DNA of 50,019 bases, from NCBI RefSeq assembly GCF_006345805.1, contig NW_021834314.1, positions 1 through 50,019 on the forward strand, read 5' to 3'. Source of the stretch: Octopus sinensis (lineage: Eukaryota). Positions 22,759 through 36,386 of this stretch are shown here, piece by piece; position 1 is the stretch's first letter, and every line of letters begins with the position of its first letter. The position numbers and the translations under genes were made by a program. The notes under the pieces were generated by a model. It did no database searches, was not told where the DNA came from, and worked only from the letters and a program-made list of their open reading frames with translations.

Positions 22759-22939
22759 TTAAGGAGTAGGGTCAATTAAAACAACACTGAGTGTGAAGGT
22801 GACTGACTTTTGTTTACCGTTCTAGCTATTATAGGTAAGACCATAACTGTAGCACAGCTTTTAAAGATCATGCTAATCACCTCTGTATTCCTGTCACTGG
22901 TTTCAGTGGCTGGACTGTGGAATACTGCCTTCATGAGGT

Positions 22940-23545
22940 TTATTCCTTTACCTGTTTCAGTCATTTGACTGTGGTCATGCTGGAGCACCACCTTGAATTT
23001 TTTTAGTCAAATGAATGAATTGACCCCACTACTTATTTTTTAAAGCCTGATACTTATTCTGTCTCTTTTGTCAAACTGCTAAGTCATGGGGACATAAACA
23101 CACCAACACCAGTTGTCAAGTGGTGATGGGGGGATGAACACAGACACAAAGACATATACATAGATACACACACACAAACACACACACAGATATATATATA
23201 TATATATATGTAGGGAGAATTCACAAAAAAAAAAACAAAAGACGAAGACAGGTGGTGTAGAAAACAAACAGATGTATTAGTATAACGCTCAGGAATTGAA
23301 AAAGTCTTTAACGTTTTGAGCCTACGCTCTTCCTCAGACAGGAACACAGAAAGAAACAAGGAGAGAAAAAATATGTGTGTAGTGGCTACAACAAGCTTCT
23401 TTCAGTTTCTGTCAACAAAATCCACTCACAAGGCTTTGCTCAGCCCAAAACTATAGCAGAAGACACTTGCCCAAGGTGTCATGCAGTGGAACTGAACATG
23501 GAACTATGTGATTGGAAAGCAAGCATCTTACCACACAGCCACACC
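22940..23545 (-). mobile_element. Family B SINE with an insertion in its internal (TA)n
   Basis: Tail at 22940-23200 and head at 23390-23545 (gcttctttcagtttctgtc..ccacacagccac). Confidence 0.85.
23209..23386. mobile_element. Putative Penelope-like terminal fragment inserted in a (TA)n tract
   Basis: Foreign sequence inside the SINE. The minus strand carries ctgaggaagagcgtaggctcaaaacgtt, resembling the CTGANGAAG..GAAACG motif of PLE ends. Confidence 0.5.
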
Positions 23546-23859
23546 AATCTATTTTTTAAAATTTTAATTAATTTATTTATTTACTGGCCAATCATATCAA
23601 TCATTGTATTTATTTCATTCTATTACTTATTCAATTGATTTCTGTTTATTGAACGGCTAGCTTACCTTGTTCCAATTTTAGACAATGTAGACACTGGACT
23701 GCCAAAAACTAGATGTGTGTGTGTGTGTGTCTGAGAGTGTTATTTCTATACTCACATACACACAGAATATGAGATTCAGATAGACTAAAAACTCACACAC
23801 ACACACACAAACACATACCATCAGCAATTTTTAATGGAAAAATCTTTGGAAACTGAAAG

Positions 23860-23899
<40 letters not shown>

Positions 23900-25073
23900 T
23901 ACGCACAAATCAGATTGTCTCAAACAAAAATAAATGGTCCCTGGGCAGTATGTAGCTTTTAATGAAGTTGATTGGTTTTCATTCTTCGCTCGGGCGGTGG
24001 GATGGGTGAAAAAGTCTTACTGAATCAAATTAACTTCATTGATGTATGTAGATATGATAAATGAACTAAATGAAATTGCGATGCTTTTTATACTGTATGA
24101 TTGCAAAGCTGGGGTTGTTATTGCTATTTATTCTTTTGCTTGTTCTCTCCCCGCTGGGCTGTGGCCATGCTGGGGCACCACATCGCCAGCGTCAATTGTT
24201 ATGTTTTGTATTGTGTAGTTTGATAACAAAATGTTATATCAAAAGCCTCCCAGAGGGCTCATCATCATAGAATAGGTGATTAGGTCTGCAGAATAGCCAG
24301 CCAGTCAGTCAGCCAGGCAGCCAGCCAACCATTGTCAGTGTGGAGATACAGGGGGTGGGTGGGGGTGAGTGGGGGTGGGGGGTGAGAGTTGCTAAGAGTT
24401 TCATGGCAAGTTAAACAGTTGAGAAATTAATCTCCCTCTTGGATAGGATGCTAATCTACCCCCACCCCAGAAGATCTGGTCAGCTTCCCCACCATCACCA
24501 CCACCACCAACAACAACAACAACAGCAACAACAACAACAGCAGCAGCAGCAACACCACCACCACCACCACCATCATCATCATCCTCATCACCACCACCAT
24601 CACCACCATCACTCCCATCCAAGAGCTCATCCTCCTTTTCCTCCAAAAGTGAACTAACTTGGAATCAAGTGCCCTGCCTGGAGACAAATGATGAAAAATG
24701 CCTGCAAGCAAAGGTGAGTCTGGCGAAAAAGGTCTGCGAGAGAGGAAGAGAGAAAGAAAGTAGAGAAACAAGAAGAGAGAGACAGAGAGAGAGGAGAGAA
24801 AGAGAGGGGGAAGTGAGAGAGAAAAAGAAAGAGAGAGAGAACATGAGGTAGTGAAAGATATGACGGGGAGGGGGGAGGGGGAAACAGAGATGAAGTAAAT
24901 GAATGAGAGAGAGAGAGAATGAAAGAAAGAGTATTCAATATAATTAGTAGCTATTTGATAATTCCCATTAGAGGTAAGCTATTTTTATACCGAAATACTA
25001 TCACCACCATTGCCACTGACACCACCACCACTACTACTACCACCAATTCTATCATTAAACTATTACAACAAGA

Positions 25074-25135
<62 letters not shown>

Positions 25136-25239
25136 CACCACCACACGCACCACTAAAATTTCCATACCACTAACCACACTATAAACTACTATAAACCAGT
25201 AACTAGAGACTACAGTGCTATTATGAAACACTAAAATAT

Positions 25240-25470
25240 CATCATCATCATCATCATCGTTTAGCGTCTGCTTTCCATGCTAGCATGGGTTGGACGGTTC
25301 AACTGGGGTCTGGGAAGCCAGAAGGCTGCACCAGGCTCCAGTCTGATCTGGCAGAGTTTCTACAGCTGGATGCTCTTCCTAACACCAACCACTCCGAGAG
25401 TGTAGTGGGTGCTTTTTATGTGCCACCGACACAGGTACCAGACGAGGCTGGCGAACAGCCACGATCGGAT
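25240..25470 (-). mobile_element. Family D retroposon
   Basis: catcatcatcgtttagcgtctgctttccatgctagcatgggttggacgg...gtgggtgctttttatgtgccaccgacac. Confidence 0.85.
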
Positions 25471-26639
25471 GGTGTTTGTTATATATATATATATATTTAT
25501 ATATTACCACCACCACCACCAGGAAGGACAACAACAACAGCACTACCACCACCAACCCACTGGGGGAATCTCTATGCAGTAACTCAACCTGTTAGAAATA
25601 TCAGCCAAATCACTTCTAAATCACATTCTAATGACTTGCAAAAAGGAAGGTTGCATTGGAAACATTAGTCTCAGATGCACATACATACACACATGTGAAT
25701 AAAATGGGATGGGCATGGCTGGAGTACTTCTGAGCAGAGGTGAGTTGAATAAGAGCTGACTTGGGGTTAAACAACACTACCATTCTCACCCCCCCATACA
25801 CACACACACCAACAAACTTCTCCCAGAGGCAAAGACTTGGCCTTGTACACAGTGCTCTGATCAGCAGCAGCAGCTAGAAACAATAGCTAAATCTCCCCTC
25901 AAATCACCCCCATCCCCCTCCCTTAATAACTTTCTCACAACTGGAAACTAAGACTGAGCCTTTGACATAGTGACTTGAAATGACGCTAGAAATAGAAGCT
26001 AAGTCTCTTGCAAACTCCATCCCATCACCTTAAAACAAACAAAAAAAATACAATGTAGTCAAGGATTCCCTGCAGCATAGGATAAAGACAGGATGGTCAC
26101 AGTTGGGATGTCTTTGATCATGATAAATCAGCTGGATCGGGATTAAGCAACAATAACTCTTAAAAAAACACCAAAAAAAAAGCTACTGCATTCAACCACC
26201 ATCACCTGTGCTACCCCCACCACATCATACCCTAACATTTACACTACCACCAACACCACCACCACTACTACTACCACCACCACACCAACAACACTACAAC
26301 CATTACTACCATCACTACCACAACTACTACCACCACCACCACTATCACTGCTACAACCACTACTGTTCTAGCCCAACCATGACCACATTTACCACCATTG
26401 CACCCCTTCAATCACTACCTCCAGCTCTATCACTCACTATCAATCCACTGTCTCCCCGCCGCATCGCCACCATTACTAACAACATCTCTGCCACAACCAC
26501 CACCACCACCATCGCCACCATTAAACTTCAATATCAATTCCCTATTGACAGATTGACATAGTTTATCAACTGGAACAATCAAATATTTATTTAATAGCAA
26601 AAAAAAAGTAAGAAAAAAAAGGAAAAGAAAAGGTAGAAG

Positions 26640-28350
26640 GTGGTTGTGGTGGCGATGGTGGTTGTAGCTGTTGGTGAAATATTGTTATAGGAAGTTTGAT
26701 GATGGCAGTGGTGTTGATGATAGTGATGGAGGTGGTGGTAAAAATATTATGATGATGGTAGTGCAGCTGCTGATGATGATGATCACTATTATTGATGACT
26801 ACTGCTGCTGATGGAAATGACTATAAAGATGATGATGATGATGATCATCATCATCGTCATCACTATTATGATGAAGGCAGTAGTGTTGCTGATGGTAATT
26901 TTTATTATAAAGACGATGCTGAAGATGATGATGGGGAGGAGGAGGAGGAAGATGAGGGTGGTATAAACGGTGGCAGCCGTGTGTTGATTAACAATGCAAA
27001 GTGTAATAAAATGCCAAATAACAACTGTAATGGAAAAAAAATCCTGGTGGTTTTGATGATGATGATAGCAGTGATGATGACGATTACATTGATAATGACA
27101 TTGATGAATATGATGATGATGATGGCATTGCTGATGAGCATGACTTAGTCAGTGATGACGATGATGACAATGATGGCGACAGTGATGAGGATGAAGATGA
27201 GCATGATGATGAGGAGGAGGAGGAGGAAGAGAATGACAAAGCTGATGATGATAATAAAGAGGAGGAGGATGACAATGACAATGATGATAAAGCTGATGTC
27301 AATGAAGATGATGATGGTGATGATGATGAGGAGGAGGAGGAAGATGATGAAGAGGAGGAGACGATGACAATGATGAAGCTGACATCAACAAAGATGAATA
27401 TAAGGAAGATGATGATGATGATGAGGATCGTATTGATGATGATGAGGATGAGCATGACAACAATGATGAGGAGGAGGAGGAAGATGATGACAAAGCCGAT
27501 GATGATAAAGAGGAGGATGACAATGACAACGATGGTGAAGCTGATATCAACAAAGATGAATACAAGGAAGATGACGATGATGATGAAGAGCAGGAGGTGG
27601 AGGAGGACAATGATGATAAAGCTGATGTCAATGAAGATGATAAGGAAGATGATGATGGTGATGATGATAAGGAAAGGAGGATGACAACAATGATGAAGCT
27701 GATGTCAACAAAGATGAATATAAGGAAGATGATGATGATGGTGATGAAGTTGATGTCAATGAAGATGATAATAAAGAAGATGATGCTGATGGTGATGGTG
27801 ATGATATTGCAAGTGTAAATCGTGGTAATTTCCAAAAACTATTTTGGAGATGATAGTGACATGATGACACACTGATGATGACAACGACAACAATGATGAT
27901 GACAAGATGATGACGACGCTCTCTAGAATGCTCAGTTAGCATTTCAGAAAGCATCATTGAGCTGGTACTATTAACAACATGATGGTGGTGATGATGATGA
28001 TGATCATCATCATGACGACAACGGTACTCTTATACTCTCTCTAAAACGCTCAGTTAGCATTTCAGAGAGTATCATTAAATCAACAACAGTCATCAAAACG
28101 ATGATGCTGATTACCGTTACGATGATAACGATGATGGCTGCGATGATGATAACGAACGATGGTGCCAATCCTGTTCTGATAATGGCAATAGTCAAACCAT
28201 TTTGATGTTGTTGATGATAAAAACATTAGTCATAGTGAGCTGATAATTGCAGTAAAAGCTGTGGTGTTTGTTGGTGTTGTCGTTGTTGTTGGTTAATGGT
28301 GGACAATGCTGGTGATATAACAACAACAACAGCAGCAGCAGCAACAACAA
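26640..28350. repeat. GAT/GAG-rich cryptic trinucleotide array with ~160-bp higher-order unit
   Basis: gaagctga(c/t)(a/g)tcaacaaagatgaata(t/c)aaggaagatg occurs at about 27375, 27537 and 27695. Confidence 0.85.
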
Positions 28351-28434
28351 CAACAAATTATTTGTTCCAAGATAGAAAACGCAAATGTTATTTTCACAGA
28401 ACAAATATTTCATTTTCAGCATTTGTTTTGTTTA

Positions 28435-28960
28435 ATTTATCATCATCACCATCTTTATTATTATTATTATTATTATTATTATATTATTATTATTATTATC
28501 ATCATCATCATCATTGCTATTATTATCATCATCATTATTATTATTACTATTATTGTTATTATTATTATTATCATTATTTTTATTATTATCATCATCATTA
28601 CTATTATTATTATTATCATCATCATCATCATCATCATCATCATTGCTATTATTATCATCATCATCATTACTATTATTATTATCATCATCATCATCATTGC
28701 TATTATTATCATCATAGTTATTATTATTACTATTATTGTTATTATTATTATTATTATCATCATCATTACTATTATTATTATTATCATCATCATCATCATC
28801 ATCATTGCTATTATTATCATCATCATTATTATTACTATTATTGTTATTATTATTATTATCATTATCATTATTTTTATTATTATCATCATCATTACTATTA
28901 TTATTATTATTATCATCATTGTTATTATTATTATTATTTTTATTATTATTATTATCGTCA
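28435..28960. repeat. Compound (ATT)n/(ATC)n array
   Basis: Recurrent catcattgctattattat and cattactattattatt blocks. Confidence 0.95.
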
Positions 28961-29779
28961 CCACTTTTATAATTGTTGTTGTTAGAACTACTATTGTAAA
29001 GAAATTAGAGAATGTAATCTAAGTTAAAAACCTATACAGTGGTGAAATTGTTATGGTTATTGTGGTTTTGTGGTAGCGGTCGGTGGTAGCGACAGTGGTG
29101 GTGGTGCTGGTGGTGGTGGAATGTTCATTTTCAGAAAAATTCTTTTAATGAAGGAACTTGTCTCCATAGATACACACACACCATACTAATAAACGTTTGA
29201 AAGGAAAGGGGGTGGCGGTTGAGGTGGGGGGGTGAATAAACGTGATGAGAGAATCTGATGGTGGGGAACGGGGTGGAGGGGAGGAGGAAGTCAAATCTAT
29301 ATCATGGTAATTGGAATTTTGATAAAAATCACAACAATGACAATTTCCAATAATTCTACCACCAATGAAGACATCCTAACAATAGCACAAGCCCCACTCT
29401 GTGTGGTTTTGTTTCAGACTTTTAGTAGTAGTAGTAGCAGCAGAAAGAGATATATTTTCAACTAATTCAAATCGTTGTACACCGCCCCCCCCCCTTCCTT
29501 CCTTCGGTATGACTAATATAGAACTTAGTCATGTAACTAGATTAAGCTATTGTTGTGGGGTACACTTGAAAGTTTGGCTGGCCTTCATACAGCGGTATAA
29601 AGAAGGAATAGAGAATCATGGAATTTTCCCCAAACCAGCTGCAGATATCTTGGGAGAATTTAGATTCAGCTGCGCAACTTGGTAAAATATATATGATCCA
29701 ACAGGGAAGGTTAAATGGTTGCACAATCTGCAATAAATAGCAGCTGGATTTTTTCATTCAAATTTCACACTTTGTGTCT

Positions 29780-30182
29780 TACTGGCACTTGTGCCCGTGC
29801 TAGTAGGGTGCCAAGAGCACCATCCGAGCGTGATCGTTGCCAGAGCAGCCAACAGGCTTCCGTGCCGGTGGCACGTAAAAGGAAACCATTTGAGCGTGAT
29901 CGTTACCAACGTCGCCTTACTGGCACCTGTGCTGGTGGCATGTGTAAAAGATTTGAACGAGGTCGTTGCCAGTACTGCCTGACTGGCCCCTGTGCCGGTG
30001 GCACGTAAAAAGCACCCACTACACTCTCAGAGTGGTTGGCGTTAGGAAGGGCAACCAGCTGTAGAAACTCTGCAAAATCAAGATTGGAGCCTGGTGCAGT
30101 CATCTGGTTCGCCAGCCCTCAGTCAAAATCGTCCAACCCATGCTAGCATGGAAAGCAGACGTTAAACGATGATGATGACGAT
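29780..30182 (+). mobile_element. Family D retroposon with three internal units
   Basis: Closely matches 9077-9540 and ends gttaaacgatgatgatgacgat. Confidence 0.88.
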
Positions 30183-30296
30183 GTCTTAAAAATGGATGAC
30201 TATATATATCAGATAAAGTTCTGAGTGTGTCACGTGAGAAAAGGAGATGAGATGGATTGACATTCAAATGAGCAAAGTTCAACATATAAATAAAAA

Positions 30297-30767
30297 TAAA
30301 TGCACCCTTTTAAAGCCTAGCCAGGCTCATGGGCCCGGTTTCTATGGCATATGTGTTCCCCAGCTGGACAGGACGCCAGTCCATCGCAGCGTTACTAATT
30401 TTTGCCAGGTGGGTGGACTGGAGCAACGTGAAATGAAGTGTTTTGCTCAAGAACACAATGCGTCGCCCAATCCAGGAATCAAAACCACAATCTTACGATC
30501 ATAATGACACCCTAACCACTAAGCCACGCACCTCCACAAATGTGCCCTTTTAAAGCCTGGCCTGGGTTTAATGGCGTATGTGTGCCCCAGCAGGACAGGA
30601 TGACAGTCCATCGCAGCGTTACTCATTTTTGCCAGCTGAGTGGACTGGAACAACGTGAAATGAAGTGTTTTGCTCAAGAACACAACGCGTTGCCCTGTCC
30701 AAGAATCGAAAGCACAATCTTACAATCATAATGCTGAAACCCTAACCACTAAGCCACGCGCCTCCAC
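30297..30767 (-). mobile_element. Tandem dimer of family F SINEs
   Basis: Two ~235-bp copies (30297-30537 and 30538-30767), each starting on minus with gtggagg(t/c)gcgtggcttagtggttaggg. Confidence 0.9.
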
Positions 30768-31135
30768 TCAATATATAGAAACAACAAACACATGTCAATT
30801 TTATAGTACTGCCACTGCTTACTCAAACTCAGTATTTTGGCCACAGGCACGATGGACATGAGATACTTTGGCACAACAGTTGTTTCAGTGCTAAGTATTT
30901 GGCATCAACTGATTCAATGCTGACTTATCTGACATGAGACATTTTAATGTTTCTCTCATTCTCTCCCTCTCTTTCACTGCCTATCTCTCTCTGTTTATGT
31001 GTGTGGACATATTTCCCTTTATGCATCTGAAGAGAGAGGAAAATACTTATATCAATTGTGTTCAATTTCTAACATCTCTCTTTCTCACTCTCCCTCTCTC
31101 TATATGTGTATGTGTATATTTCTGCACAGACATGC

Positions 31136-31375
31136 ATGTGCAAGACACTTTATATCATGTTGCTCCAGTCAATTCAGATAGCAAAAATGAGTTGTGACTG
31201 TAATTCAAAGGGCCAACCTTGTCACATTCTCTATCACGCTGAATCTCTCTGAGAACTACGTTAAGGGTACATGAGTCTACAAAGTGCTCAGCCACTTGCA
31301 TGTTAATTTCATGAGGGGGTTGTTCTGTTGATCAATTAACTGGAACCTTCGTCTTCATAACCAAGGGAGTACAAG
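31136..31375 (+). mobile_element. SINE fragment with gcaagacacttt..gttgctccagtc core and a distinct tail
   Basis: The core is shared with family F and the 21190 copy. The tail differs. Confidence 0.55.
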
Positions 31376-31388
31376 TACAAATATATAT

Positions 31389-31700
31389 ATCACCGTCACA
31401 GTGACTGACCAGGCTATCAGATGTTGCTACACATCGCTAGTCACAATGCGCTTCGCATTGTTTTAGCCTTCAAATGACGCCACCCTGCTGGCTAAGCGAG
31501 CAGGCCAACAGAAGAAAGAGTGAGAGAAAGTTGTGGCAAAAGAGTACAGCAGGGACCGTCACCTCCCCCTGCCGGAGCCTCATGGAGCTTTAGGTGTTTT
31601 CGCTCAATAAACACTCACATCGCCCAGTCTGGGAAACAAAACTGCGATCCTACGACCGCGAGTCCACTGCCCTAACCACTGGGCCATTGCGCCTCCACAT
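31389..31700 (-). mobile_element. Full-length family E SINE
   Basis: The reverse complement starts atgtggaggcgcaatggcccagtggttagggcag and ends ..cagtcactgtgacggtga. Confidence 0.9.
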
Positions 31701-31711
31701 ATGTGTATATA

Positions 31712-31752
<41 letters not shown>

Positions 31753-32667
31753 CTAGTCCAGCAAATGGCAAGCTGGGTAAAAATTCATTATTACTGATGA
31801 AAACTATTGGTTCAGTTGCTAATAATGAGATTTTATCCACATTTAGTAAAATATACAGAACTGTGTGTGTGAGAGTGTATGTGTGTGTGTGTGTGTGTGA
31901 GAGAGAGCGAGAGAGAGAGCATGTAATATGAGTTCATGTTCGTGTGTCATTGTCACACAGTAAGTAATGTCATTAAATTCTCATATTCTGCAAAAGCATG
32001 TGTGGCCATAGGGAGATATTACCTTATCTGGAAACAGGTAAAGGATGGCAAACAAGGACGGCCATTCAGACATTGAAATTCTACCTCAGAAACATCCATC
32101 TGATTAATTCAAAATAATATGAATAAATAAACATTACACTTGACAGAGTAATTTGAATGCTAAAGGGGTTAAACGCTAAGGGGGTTAAACTTCCTATCCT
32201 CTGTACTCATGTCTCAAATATTACAATTAAGCTCTTATATTAAAAAACAAGCGAACCTCCCACCTCATGACCCACAAGGCCAACTTAAGCAAAATATTTA
32301 GCAATGTCGTCGCATACACACCACATACTGTTTGAACTTATAATCAAGTACAATTGACTTATTCTTGAATACTAAATGTCTTAATTACAGGGATTGTCTG
32401 ACCTGCTAAAAATAACTGCCAAATCTCCCTGAAATTATATACAGCCTACCAAGTCTTGAAAAAAAAAGGGAATACATTGGATAATGTGGCCCAAATCACA
32501 CTCAGTCTGAATAATGGATTGCTCAATCTACAAGACTTATTTATTTATTTATTTTTTTTTTTTTTGCTTATGTTGAATGAGGAAACAACAGCCAAAAACC
32601 TTTGGAAGAACACCGAGTCTACTCAAGTGACAGCAATATCCGAATGGAAACATGGCAAGAAGCCAAT

Positions 32668-32912
32668 GGTGATGAAGGTGATGATGATGATGACAGCAAC
32701 AATGAAGGTGATGGTGATGATAAGGATGATAATGATGGTAGTGATGATAATGATGATGATGATGATGATGATAATGATGGTAGTGATGATGATGATGATA
32801 ATGATGGTAGTGATGATGATGATGATGATAATGATGGTAGTGATGATGATGATGATGATGATGGTAATGATGATGATGATGATGGTAGTGATGATGATGA
32901 TGGTAGTGATGA

Positions 32913-32946
<34 letters not shown>

Positions 32947-33050
32947 GGTGGTAATGATGATGATAGTGATGACGATGATGATGATGATGATGATGGTAGT
33001 GATGATGATGATGATGATGATGATGGTGATGAAGATGATGATGAAGATGG

Positions 33051-33102
<52 letters not shown>

Positions 33103-33225
33103 GGTGGTGGTAATGATGATGATAGTGATGACGATGATGATGATGATGATGATGGTAGTGATGATGATGATGATGATGATGATGGTGATGAAGATGATGA
33201 TGAAGATGGTGATGATGATGATCAT
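32668..33225. repeat. (GAT)n array with an internal ~159-bp duplication
   Basis: The block (ggt)n-aatgatgatgatagtgatgacgat...gaagatgatgatgaagatggt occurs at about 32932 and 33088. Confidence 0.92.
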
Positions 33226-34089
33226 TGGTAGCAGCAGTATCACTACCGGTAGTAATATGATGAGAAAATTTTTCCACCACTCACTGGCTCCAAGATGTGA
33301 AAACCAGAAAAAACCAAAGACCGCAGCAAAAGACTTTTCCTTTAAGTAGAAACTTAGTTGCCTTACTTTGGAAGATAAGAGAGAGAGAGCGAGAGAGACT
33401 GATAGACAGACAGACAGAAAAGAGAGGTAACCTAAATAAATAAAGTGCATATGATGGGGGTGTTTAGAATGAAGTGAGAAATATGGATTACATGTTAATA
33501 ACTCCCACGATGGGTGAGAAAACGGGGTGGGGGTTTTAAGAGGGGCTGTTGCTTAGAAAGAGCCAGAGATTGAAAGCAAACTGATGGGAGCAATCACTGT
33601 GAGTGATAACGATGGTGATGATATTCATTGGGAGATGGTAGTGATGGGGATGTTGATGGCGTTAGTAGTGGTGTTGATGGTATAGGTATTGGTGGTGGTG
33701 GTGTTGATGATGGACATATAGTGTTGGTAAGATTGGAAGTAATTGATATGAGTGAAGAGAAATGGAAAAAAAACGAGGCTGAAGCCGATTGGCGGAAACT
33801 TTGGAAGAAGTAAATGAAAGACACACCTCACATTTAAGATATTAAAGGTGGATAGGTAGGTTGATAGGTAGAAAAGTTAGCTGGCTAGACAGGTAGGCAA
33901 AAAGCTAGCTAGCTAGAAAGTGATAGGTAGATAGATAGAGAGACAGAGAGACAGATAGTCAGACAGAGCGCAAGAGACAGAGAGAGAGAAAGAGAAAGAC
34001 GGACAAAGAGAAAGACGGACAAAGAGAAAGACGGACAAAGAGAAAGAAAGAGACAGGTAAATACCTCGCTAGGTAAATAACTATAACGA

Positions 34090-34288
34090 TGGATATATAC
34101 ATATATATACATATATATATACATACATACATATATATATACATATACATACATACATATATATATACATATACATATACATACATACATATATATACAT
34201 ATAGATACATACATATATATACATATACATACATACATATATATACATACATACATATATATATATACATATACATACACATACATAC

Positions 34289-34331
<43 letters not shown>

Positions 34332-35065
34332 CATACATATATATACATATACATACATATATATATATATATGTATATATACATACATATATACATATAC
34401 ATACATATATACATATACATACATATATACATATACATACATATATATATATATACATATACATACATATATATATATACATATACATACATATATTATA
34501 TACATATACATACAATATATATACATACATATATATATATACATACAATATATATATATACATACATATATAATATATATACATATATATATATATAATA
34601 CATACATATATATACATACATACATATATATATACATACATATATATATATAATACATATAATATATAACATACATATATATATATACATATACATAATA
34701 TATATATACACACATACACATACATATATATATACATACAATATATATATACATAATATATATATATACATACATATATATATAATACATATATATATAT
34801 ATACATACATACATATATATACATACATACAATATATATATACATACATATATATATATAATACATATAATATATAACATACATACATATATACATACAT
34901 AATATATATACATACATACATATTATATATACATACATATATATACATACATACATATATATATATACATACAATATATATATACATAATATATATATAT
35001 ACATAATATATATATATACTACATATATATATATACATACATATATATAATACATATACATATAC

Positions 35066-35116
<51 letters not shown>

Positions 35117-35140
35117 CATAATATATATACATATATATAT
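34090..35140. repeat. ~1-kb (TA)n/(TACA)n compound microsatellite
   Basis: Directly visible. Confidence 0.95.
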
Positions 35141-35639
35141 AGGCAGGCAAGTATATAGGTAACTTAATGATTGATAAATGGACAGGTATAGAGGTAGCCA
35201 GAATGAATAGACAGACAGAGAGAGGTAGACAGGCAGATAGACAAGCAGACCGCAGTGAAGAGACAGTCAGACATTCAGACAGACAGACAGACGGATGGAA
35301 AGAAGGACAGAAGGACAACCACATGCCCTAGATTCTCTGCATAATTCATTCTCCATTCTCTTTTATACTACTCAGAGTTAGACAACACCAGAAATGGAGA
35401 CGAGGGGAGGGGCGGGGGGGATAAGAACGAAAGAATGATGGAAACAGAAGTGGAATGATGGTGGTGGGGGGAATGTGGGGGGGGTAAGAATACTGGAAAA
35501 TTCATTTACATATTCATTTCCATGATTAAAATACAAAAATATTGATATGTTAAGATTATAGAGATAAATTACATTGTGCAATTTTCTTTTTCCTTCCCTA
35601 TGAATATATTACAATATTATCTGTGTATATGGATAGTAT

Positions 35640-35735
35640 GTATGTGTTAGTGTGTGTGTTTGTGTATCTATATATATATATACACACATACACATATATA
35701 CATACATATATATATATACACACACACACATAAAG

Positions 35736-35774
<39 letters not shown>

Positions 35775-35911
35775 TACACGCATACACATAATACATATAT
35801 ATATACACACACACACATAAAGCTGTATATATATATACACACACACACGCATACACATATACATACACACACACACATACACATACATATATATACACAC
35901 ACACACAAAGT

Positions 35912-36008
<97 letters not shown>

Positions 36009-36060
36009 GTGTGTGTGTGTGTGTGTGTATGTGTGTATATATATATACATATATGTAGAG
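35640..36060. repeat. (TA)n/(CA)n compound array
   Basis: Includes repeated cacataaagctgtatatat blocks. Confidence 0.9.
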
Positions 36061-36345
36061 AGAGACAGACAGACAGGCAGGCAGACAGACAGACAGAGAT
36101 GCACAGATATACATGTATGTGTGTGGCGTGCATGCACTCATACAAACATACACACAGATACTAACATACTACTAATTGTAACAAACACACACGTACATAC
36201 CCACACACCCATGCACATATAATCTCTTTCTAATATTCGGAACAGAAAACAGTATCTTCAGCAGAATTTTGCCAAATATGGCATACACCAGACATAACAA
36301 GAGAGATTAATATACACACATTTATGTAAAATCACACTTATGTCT

Positions 36346-36386
<41 letters not shown>

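Noticed and set aside
24439-24657. PolyH/polyQ ORF resembling a transcription-factor segment
   Set aside because: A compound CAC/CAA/CAG microsatellite with a stop immediately after and no recognisable domain.
29542-29757. Non-repetitive 71-aa minus ORF as a possible Ryk first exon
   Set aside because: No signal peptide, no YL..EV.RLLG-like end, and no suitable phase-1 donor.
32602-33231. 209-aa Asp-rich ORF resembling acidic shell-matrix proteins such as aspein
   Set aside because: The GAT frame of a (GAT)n array is open by default. It has no ATG start or signal peptide, begins in a degenerate dispersed repeat, and has no splice support.
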